Source of the DNA: Epiperipatus broadwayi
Taxonomy: Eukaryota; Animalia; Onychophora
Length of the DNA: 64,000 bases
Direction: 5' to 3'
NCBI GenBank assembly: GCA_028023455.1
Contig: JAQFVV010000003.1
Span: 7,130,001 to 7,194,000 of the forward strand
The notes under the pieces were generated by a model. The model did no database searches. It had not been told where the DNA came from and saw only the letters and a list, made by a program, of their open reading frames with translations. The position numbers were made by a program, and so were the translations under genes. Below are positions 54,620 through 64,000 of this stretch, one piece after another (position 1 is the stretch's first letter; the number at the start of each line of letters is the position of its first letter).

Positions 54620-55217
54620 TAATAGTCACAACAATACTAAAGCCACTTCAGTATTATTGTGCCACTCTTGTTTGCCTCTCTCTAGTACATTTCATGAATT
54701 TAGTGCAATATAAAGATAAAAATTGTCATTCAGAATATAAACATCTCCTAGAATACTATTTTTTGTTTATCATTAATAAAACATTAAAAATGCAAATAAT
54801 GTCCAGATTTTTTTGTGGACCATTAACTCATTATTTAAATAAGATATAAGAAGTTAAATAACAGCCAAATTCTGAATTGTCAACTATGTCAGCACAACCT
54901 GTCATCAGTTGGGCCAAGCTCCAGGATTACTAATTACAAACAAAAATCTATTTCAATTTTACTTATATTAATTAGATTTCACTTGCTTTATTTCATCATT
55001 TGTTTTATTTCAAAGGGTGAAAGTTAAAATGCATTCAATTTTAAGTACGATACTCTATGTAGTTAAAAAAGACATATATAAATATATTCTGAATAGACAG
55101 AAATTAGAACCAGTTTTAATTTTTTACAAATTTTACTATTAATATATATAAAGATGTTATGTAATTCACAATTATTAATATGTTGTCTTTATATAATTAA
55201 TAAGCATGTATACAAAT

Positions 55218-56005
55218 ATCATCATCATCATCAACCATTATCAATCCACTGCAGAATGAAGGTTTCTCCAAGTTCCATCTTCTCCGATCTTTAGCTTCTC
55301 TTCTCCACATCACCCCTGCACAATTTCTTATTTTATCCATCCATCTCACATGTGGTCTCTTTCTGGGTCTTTTACAATCTCTTGGAATGCAGTTTAAGAT
55401 TTCAATTGTCCATCTATTATCCTCTCTTCTAGAATATATCCAGCCCAACTCCATTTCAGTCTTTTAATTTTTTCAATGAGGTCAGTAACACCTGTTTGTT
55501 CTCTTACCCATATATTGCATTTTTCATCTCTTCTTGTTACTCCCAATATACATCTTTCCATACTTCTTTGAGTGGTCTGAAGTCTCTGTATTGCTCTTCT
55601 ATTAAGTGTCCGAGTCTCAGATCCATAAGTAAGAACTGGTAAAACACATTTATTAAAAACCTTTCTTTTCAAATACATAGGCATATTTTCTTTTAGTATC
55701 AAGTTATTTCTACCAAAAGCACTCCAACCAAGTTTAATTCTATGATTAATTTCATCCATTATGTTTTCATCTGTATTAATAATCTGACCAAGGTATTTAT
55801 ACCTGTTAACTTCTTCTAATTCATCATAATCAATATTTATTTTCGTATTTTGAGAAAATCGATTAAACATTACTTTAGTCTTTTTAACTTTTATCTTTAG
55901 TTCTACTTTAATCTGATAACTCCTGCAACATTTCCTGCAGCTCTAAATCATTATTTGCAAAAATAACTACATCATCTGCAAAATCTAAATGACTTAAATA
56001 ATCTC
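55218..56005 (-). pseudogene. RTE-clade LINE 3' fragment with (GAT)n tail
   Basis: LDFADDV at about 55975, LEEVNRYKYLGQ, VLPVLTYGSE, KRLKWSWAG, RWTIEILN..PRDCKRPRKRPHVRWMD; tail ATCATCATC at 55218-55233. Confidence 0.9.
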
Positions 56006-58419
56006 TATATTATAGTTAAATAAAAAAATTAATTCTTTTTATATACAATTTACCATTGAACTAAATATTAATACATTTAATTAATAAACACATATTTATT
56101 AATAGTAAAGTTTATAAAATAATAAAAATGATTATAATTTCTAACTATCCAGAATGTTGATTATAAAAAGCATATGCGTATTTCAACTTTCCACTTTGAA
56201 ATAAAGCAAGTTAAAGCTGCTTAATATAAATGAGATTCAAGCTCATTTTATTTTTTATTTGAGTGAAAGTGAACTTGATTCAGATAATAAAAGTTATTCT
56301 AAAATCAGAATTTGTCATAATTCACAACTTGTTTATTATATAACATATTATATTTTAATTAAATAATGGATAGTAAAGGATATTTAATAGCCCTCATTTA
56401 TAATATTATAAGATATAATTCTGTAATGTAATGTGTGTATGTAAAGCAATTAATGGGGATTATATAAAAGGAATTAATTAAAATTCTACATGACTAAAAT
56501 AAATATGTGTAGGTCATTATTAATTGTGTAAAAAGCAACACTACAGTTGTGGATTTTATTAAATAAATAACGTCTTATATATATAACAGGATACCCTCTT
56601 TCTAGAGTTTCAACATTTGAAGTAGTTTGTTCTTGGATTTACGAGTTTATACTTTACCGGTTTATTACTATTGTGTGTTGTTGTTTTTTTTACATTTATA
56701 ATTTAAGTTATTATCTCATAATTTATCGTTAACTATTTTAATTTATGACCCCGTTATTCTAGAAGAGAAATACATATGATTAATATTTAAATATTAATCA
56801 TACACCCCCCCCCCCGGTCAGACCGAGATTTAATAAAAATATTAAAACGACGGTCACTTTTTCAGACCGAGGTAAGTCTCTCTGGCTGCATGAAACGTGA
56901 AACATCTCATAGAAATATTTATAATGGGTTTAAACCCTAGAGTGCCATCTAGACAATTAGACTAGACCCCAAGAGACGATGTTAACGTGCTTCAATGGCT
57001 TGACCTATGACTAGCTATAAAAAAAAAAAAAGCATGAGATTGGCATCCCAGAATATTTAAATAAAATTGTCTATTTATTCATAATTAAATTGAGAGAAAG
57101 AGAAACGTAAAATGATTCTAATAATTTACAACACATTTATTAAATAATATAACATAAATAATAAGGAAATTCAAAAACATAAAACAAATATAAGATAAAA
57201 TTTAAAAGTTCAATGTTCTTAAGAATTCAAAAGTTCTATTAATGACGTCAATAAATATATTTACCAAGGACTAAACACAGTCTCTGGTTTTTTCATATGG
57301 ATGATCACCCCTGTCTTCTGATCTGATCAGATTTATGGTAAGCATATATTTTAGTATCATAATGTTTCTTCTTGGTTCTGTGTGATGCTTCTTCGCTCAG
57401 TGTCCTACGGCATAGGCTGTTTTCCTTGATTTGGTGTGGCAGGTTCAAACATTGGCAAAAAGGCAAGTCAGAGTAGTACTTCTGCATCTGGCTATTGGCA
57501 CACAGGAGATGAGAAGAAGAAAAAATGAACACTCAGTTTTAGTTTAGCCATGCACTTCTCCATCAACATAGTCGGATAAATATTGTTTCATCCTGCTGGA
57601 TTCAGTCATTTCAGCTGGCATATAGGTTCTTTGATTACTTGACCAGCTTTCTTCTTTTGCTTCTTTGCTTTCTGCTGCTTCTGTTTTTTTTTTCTCTCTT
57701 CTTAGGTTTTCTATATGTTTCTATATGTCTGGATATTAACTACAATCAATAGTTTGCCGACTCCGCCCACCGCTCGGGTTTTTAACCCACTTTATCAATT
57801 CATTTGATCTTTATTTTTTTAATTGGTTAACACTTTTTCATTCCCTTATTTTTCAATTTTAATTACATCAAAATTAGTTATATATTGTTTATTTCATCAT
57901 TCTGGAATCTTGATCTCCAGAACCTGATCAATCTTGTACAAATATGTTTCAATTAATTATAAACCCTTAATTTAAAATATTTTTAATCAAAAGTACTTTT
58001 GAAAGGATTATATATTAAAATAGAATACAAAAAAAAAAAAGAAAGATAAATTATAATTAATATTTTAACATATTTCCCAATGTGTATACTTTTCTTTTTA
58101 ACTTTTTTCTTTTTCAAACAATTAAATATGAAAATATGTAATTTTAATAAACATCAGAATAAAATATATAATTTTATTTTTCTATTTTATTTTTAAATAA
58201 TCACGTTATGCAATGTTTATATATACACATTGTTACAATATATATATATAAATGACATTGATTATAATTTCTACCTGCCCAGAATATAATTATATGTGCA
58301 TTTATTAATATATAAAACATTATAATTAATAATTGTTTGTTTCAACTTTCATACTTTGAAATGTTTATTATAAATAAGATTCAGTCTATTCTGATTTAAG
58401 GCTAGTGATGTTGGGACTA

Positions 58420-58467
58420 GGTACAGCTGATGAAGGTTTCCTTGAAACTGATATTGTAAGCTGTGCC
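58420..58467 (+). ncRNA. Solo hammerhead-like motif
   Basis: GGTACAG CTGATGA AGG TTTC CTT GAAAC TGATATT GTA AG CTGTGCC; 7-bp stem I but 2 extra nt after the GUA triplet. Confidence 0.5.
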
Positions 58468-60849
58468 TTATCATAGTTTATAATTCATAATTTGACTATT
58501 ATATAACATCTTATATTCATTGAATAGTGATATAATAATGTTTAAAATATTTATAATATAAAATATAGATATCTAATATATTAACTATATAGTTACATGT
58601 ACATTAATTTATTCAAATTAAATAATGTACGTGCATTACATTGTATATTTATATCTAAATAGATTGTTTAATTAACTCTAACAATGTAAAAATCTCAAAA
58701 CAGAAAATAATTGTAAAACATATAAAAACAGGATTTGAATCAAAAATAAATTGTATGTAAACCAAAATATCAAATGACAAATGGGAGAACAATCAAAAAT
58801 AGATTATATCTAAAATCAAGATTGAACATTGCACACTTTAGATTTTTATCCATAATAAATAAACTATATTTAAGGTCAATTTATAAGGATATCAAAAAAG
58901 AAAGGTGGTTAAAAAATAAAACAAAACTTTTAACTGCATAGCAACAACTTTAAGAGTCAATACTTTTAGATGAAAATATCTATAAGATTGATTTAGGAAG
59001 CTGTTATAAAATAACTAGTAAGTATCTCTCTTAAAAACAAATGGTCCCTCCTAAGATTTAATTGACAAATTCAAGATTAATATTGATTTCAAGACATCTT
59101 TATCCAAATCAGAAATTTCAGTCATGTAGTTGATGTGATGATACACACCTGGATTCAACTAGAATGTATGCTATCCAAAGTAATGAGGGATTTGAGTTGT
59201 CAGTTATTTTACTCAATAGTATATCTTATCATTTCTTTATAATTTCTTGTGATAAGGCATTTAAAATTTCTAAGAATGTGAAAAAATAATGATTAGGGTC
59301 ATCCAGTAGATCCCCGTGTTTTGTGTTAGAATCACTAGAAAATGCATAACTTGTGATAGACAATCTTATCAGCAGGGCAGTGAAAATTTAAAATTGATAA
59401 ATTTAATATATATTGTTCTAGTGAATGTGAATGTTATAACTTCTTCCTATCATGTGATCAATTATGTTGGTTTCTACAATTAATATGATTAATATATTAA
59501 TTTTTATTCATAAATATAAAGTATGTTTAGTATATAATATTTGTTAGTAAAATTATTTTTAAAAAATAAATATCTTTCTGTTGTTTCACTGACCTTTCAT
59601 TGTTTCTTATATTCACTATTTCCATTTCTTATAAATAACGAAGGAAATAAATTAAAGATTCAATGACATCTATGAGATAACTCAAAAATGGCATCTACTG
59701 GCAGAATGTCAGCTATGAATAATCTGTTTGTTTTTAAAGAATTGGGACAAATATAAAGAGGTGAAATCTTTGAATGGACAATCACATTTGAATTATTACA
59801 TATATACAAATTTACTGCATCATGGAAAAATAGTTACATATATAATAAAAAGTTGTTTTTTTTTTTAATGGATATTGAAAAATTTTAAATAAAACAGAAT
59901 GTGAATAGACAAACTATTTTGCCCTCTCCAGCAACGCTCTGCAGTCAAGAGGGAAGAAGATAATTTTTACCAGACTATTCAAATGCTGTTTGGTGGAAGT
60001 TTATTTACCTTCTAGCTAAAAACATCTAGAGATCCATTTAGCTAATAATTTAATGGCTAGCTAGATGGACAACGGGCTAACAGGAAAAAAATATTAATTT
60101 TGAAAAATTTTCAAGCAAACGAATTTATATATAGATTAAATTGTTTTTAAAATATCTTTGAACAAAATAAATAAATTACAGTAAAAAATTAATATGTTGC
60201 TAATGCAAATAACTAATATCAAGATAGATTCCAGATATGAATCTCACCGCAGTAAATTATTTTAACAACTTTCTCATTTTCGTTTCCAAAAGAATCTATC
60301 TAATGTTTAATTTTGCCAGTAGGGAATGCTATCACAAACAACTAGAAGACTTTTAGACAGAAGTCTATTGATAGCGAATAAATCATTTCAAAAGCAAATA
60401 ATAAGATCAAATTTTAATATGAAAAGATCAAAAAGTAAACTGAATATGATAAGAGTAGTTTTTTTTGTATACTAAAAACATAGGGGGGGGGTACAAAATA
60501 CGGGAAGAAAAAAATTGGAAAATATTTTTTTTAATTAATTAAAATAAAATATTATTAACAATTTCATTTTTACAAAAAAAAAAAAAATGCAAGCTATCCT
60601 AGAAATTCGGCATCATTATTCTCGTTAGGGGCCATACTTAAATAAATGTAGTTCTTCTAACTTCTGAAGAAAATAGATAAAAACAAAAAAATTAAGTTAA
60701 TATGAATTTTGCAATAACTATACAAACCAATGTCTGAACCACAAATCAGCATGGGAGAGATATTACAAAAAGGAAAGTTTAATTCAATTCCAAAAAAAAA
60801 AAAAAAATAGATAAAAAATTAATAATACACTAAAGATGAGTTTTTTAAT

Positions 60850-61340
60850 AACTATTCAAACCAATCCATTAACTACAAATAGATACACATATACAACCTG
60901 CTGATCCATTATTGCAGTTGATATTTTATGTGTTTAAATGTCTTCTGCAGCAAACTTTTCTTTCCGAAAAACTTCATCACTCTGTCTAAATGTAGTTCTC
61001 TGGTATTCTATCATCCATAGTTTCTCAATGGAAGTATAAAACAATATATTTCTTCAAGATAATGACTTTAACATAATATGTATAAGTCATTAGGGAATCA
61101 CACACATACTATACATATGCTGTATGAAATTATAACTTTTTTTTAGGAATACTCTCTTTTTGATCTGCTTCTATCATGAAAATCTTGCTCAAGTTAACTA
61201 TAAAATATTTTTTACAGAAATCTTATTGTTTATCTATTTCATATGTCCAATTCAACAAAAGATGTGATTTTATAATAATCTATTGTTCCCATCCAGTAAG
61301 TTGAATAACATTTTGATTAATTTTATGATCTTGTCATCAT
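60850..61340 (-). pseudogene. RTE-like LINE 3' fragment (decayed)
   Basis: Similar to 62400-62760 and to the end of the RTE relic at 46560-46780. Confidence 0.45.
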
Positions 61341-61359
61341 ATTCTTAGAATTTAACTAA

Positions 61360-61715
61360 GCATTCCATCACCAGATTTTCAATGAAATGGATGGCTGAAG
61401 AGTTGTGGGGGTGAAGTGTTTTGAAGCCTGTCCATTAAAGTATGAAGATTGGCTATCTTAATATAAGTTGAGCTTTGATTGTATATGTGTGTGGAGATTA
61501 TAATCTGGACCAACTGATGAGTGCTGGTTTAGCACAAAATACGAATATTGGTGATTATTTATTTTTTCAACATGTGTTTAATCAAGTGTATCAGCAGTAT
61601 GAGATAGCATGGATGGTTGATAGTTGTGTGAAAGTCTGATTCAAACTCTATATATTACATATAGAAGTGTAGATATGAAAAAGCCTGTACTGTAGAAAAA
61701 ATTCATATTTCTAAA
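61360..61715 (+). mobile_element. Repeat family B copy 3
   Basis: HHR-like ACCAA CTGATGA GTGCT GGTTT AGCAC AAAAT ACGA ATA TTGGT at 61509-61552; 3' part matches 24945-25030(rc). Confidence 0.85.
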
Positions 61716-62199
61716 TATCTTAAATAAAAAAAATTTTGTGACTTTAAATTACATTGATAGATGATCTGACTATCTCTTCCAAACATTAAATAAGGTAAAA
61801 TAAGAGTTCTATATAATGTTAATTTAGTTGTAGTAGTCATTTTAATGTAATGGAAACCTTATCTTTAAACTTGTTAAAAGTAGCAGCAGCACATTGCAAT
61901 CTGCACTGCACTTCAACACCTAAGTCCAACTTTTTATTTTAAAAAAAATCCCAAGATTCATGTTCTCAAATTAATAACTGTCCAATTTAAACATTACCAA
62001 TAATTTTTCTAATAAACAACCTGAATTTTTTTGAACATTTATAACTAAATCAAAGTCTTTATGCAACCAACAGTTCATTCTGTAGATCAATTTTGAATTG
62101 GAAGGATAACAATCACTGGCATATTGTAAATTCAGAAATAAAAATGATGTTCTTTTTTTTCTTTTGTTTCATGTTAAAATTTCCACAACCAAATCTGCA

Positions 62200-62810
62200 T
62201 TCCATGTTGATCTCTGATTCAAGAAGCCATCTATAAATAGTTTCAAAAACCATTCATAAAAATTGTAAACAAAATTAAAGTTAGTAAGTGCATATTCTGA
62301 ATTAACACTAGTTTTTATTTCAAACATTTTATATTTTTGATAATTCCACTTATTCCATCATGAAGAAGCAATACAATACAGATATATAACAAATAAATTC
62401 ACATACACAACTTCCTGATCATTTACCCTGTTTATTTAACAACTTGGAATTCTTTTAACTTCTTTGCAATCATTTTTTAAGTATTCCACATCTTATATAA
62501 TTATAGCTCTCCATTGTGTTCCTACCTTAGAAAATTTCTTCCCTGAAAACACCTCTTTAGTATATTTTTGAGTCAATCTTTAATATATAGTTTTCTTATC
62601 TCATGAAAATCAGGTTCAAGTTCACATAAAATATTTTTTAGGAAATCTATTACCATTCATTAATTTCAAATCCCAATTCAAAAAATATGAACTCTTAATG
62701 ATAGCAAATTCATTATCATCATACCCAGCTAACTGAAGTATATGCAATTGCTTTTAGAATATCGCCAGTGTATTTTTAAAACCTTACAAACTTTTAAAAA
62801 AAAAATCCAG
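62200..62810 (-). pseudogene. RTE-like LINE 3' fragment (decayed)
   Basis: Minus strand gives LMNGNRFPKKYF and TQWRAII, resembling the RTE C-terminal RM.D.R.PK..FY and .WR..I motifs. Confidence 0.55.
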
Positions 62811-63085
62811 TTCATTTATATTATATCAATATATGTTCCACTTGCATTCAATAAATAAAATAAAATAATAACTTTATAAATATAAATTGAGGTTTATTAT
62901 GATGTTGAAATACTTATCTTAATTTGTTAATAATTGAAACACACAGGCTTATTATATACCTGTGTCTGTATATGTAATATATAGGGCAATCTGGACCAAC
63001 TGATAATTGCTGGTTTAGCATGAAATACGTATATTAGTGATTATTTATCTTTTCAACATATATGTGTCCAAGTGTATCAGTGTTA

Positions 63086-63801
63086 AACAATTCAAAACAA
63101 AACAACACTCTCCATATAGTAGTGCCATCTTGTGCTAACAAGAGCAATCAATGGATGCCAGAAGGCTTGTGCATAAAATCCCTATCTAGTGCCTACTCAT
63201 CCAATATCCCCAGACTAGTTTCTGGCTTGTGGCCTTCATCAGTGAGGAGCCTTGGATCTGAGAGCACTGCACCTAGATCTTAGGATCTAATGCAACCCTC
63301 CAGCACCCACCTTTTAACTCTATTTAACTACAAAACTATGAGAATGAAATTGAAAACACTATTAATATTTTCAATCCAAGCTCAATAGCTTATATAGTCA
63401 TATGGGTCTGAACTCAATTCAGTACCCATACATTTTGGTGTCTTTGGCTCTTCAACAACCATAGCCACCACTATCCTATTAGGCAGGATTGGTATTAAAC
63501 CACTAAACATCACATGATCACTATCTCATACTAGCACAATAATTGTTATTAAACAATTCAAAACAAAACAACACTCTCCATATAGTAGTGCCATCTTGTG
63601 CTAACAAGAGCAATCAATGGATGCCAGAAGGCTTGTGCATTATTTTATTATTTTATTATTTTATTATTTTATGCACAAGCCTTCTGGCATCCATTGATTG
63701 CTCTTGTTAGCACAAGATGGCACTACTATATGGAGAGTGTTGTTTTGTTTTGAATTGTTTAATAACAATTATTGTGCTAGTATGAGATAGTGATCATGTG
63801 A
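63086..63801. mobile_element. Repeat family A copy 5: 1.2 monomers (466 bp period) plus 133-bp perfect inverted arm
   Basis: 13-bp TSD TGTATCAGTGTTA at 63073-63085 and 63802-63814; TTAAACAA recurs at 63083 and 63549. Confidence 0.92.
63207..63248 (-). ncRNA. Type I hammerhead ribozyme motif (family A, best copy)
   Basis: TCCTCA CTGATGA AGGC CACAA GCCA GAAAC TA GTC TGGGGA; stem I extends via ATCCAA/TTGGAT after a GGC/UA internal loop; predicted cleavage between 63213 and 63212. Confidence 0.82.
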
Positions 63802-64000
63802 TGTATCAGTGTTATGAGATAGTGTGGAGAGTGGTGGGGCATGTGAAAGTCTGTGCTCGTATTACTTAATTTGTTAAATGTAATATTACAGCACTAATAT
63901 ATATATATTAATTTGAATATTTTTTACAAATAAAAAAATGATTTTTTATGTCTGATGATAGAGTTTTCAATCAAATAATCTTAAGCAATCATATATATAT

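Larger units (their letters stand above)
62931..63864. mobile_element. Repeat family B copy 4 (short inverted arm plus plus-sense arm), interrupted by family A copy 5
   Basis: 13-bp TSD CTTAATTTGTTAA at 62918-62930 and 63865-63877; HHR-like motif 62995-63038 with G8 to A. Confidence 0.85.

Noticed and set aside
57305-57720. GC-richer segment with ORF 57305..57532 as a host exon or TE protein
   Set aside because: No motif I can identify in any frame; left unassigned.
63062-63283. 73-aa ORF and other 60-90 aa ORFs across the window as small proteins
   Set aside because: They fall in repeats or low-complexity AT-rich DNA, often lack ATG starts, and show no recognisable domains.

Overview
Very AT-rich eukaryotic (metazoan, probably arthropod; inferred from TE content and composition) genomic DNA. 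No host protein-coding gene is confidently recognisable, so this is probably intergenic or intronic sequence. It is a transposon graveyard: hAT transposase relics and MITEs, a mariner relic, several RTE/LINE relics, microsatellites, and one young 5'-truncated non-LTR retrotransposon (RT plus CCHC knuckle, minus strand, 14921-17370). The main signal is RNA-level. Two unrelated non-coding repeat families (A, monomer about 445-466 bp; B, about 490 bp) each carry a type I hammerhead ribozyme (HHR) motif. They occur as more-than-unit-length, often tail-out inverted insertions, some with 11-13 bp target-site duplications (TSDs), as expected for retrozyme-like or Penelope-associated RNAs. A third family (C, 333 bp) has the same architecture without a visible HHR. 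One A insertion is nested in a B insertion. Another A insertion is fused to the young LINE inside one candidate TSD, which suggests the LINE RT copied the ribozyme RNA. Eleven full-length HHR-like motifs are visible in 64 kb. All alignments and folds were done by eye; coordinates of degraded relics are approximate.
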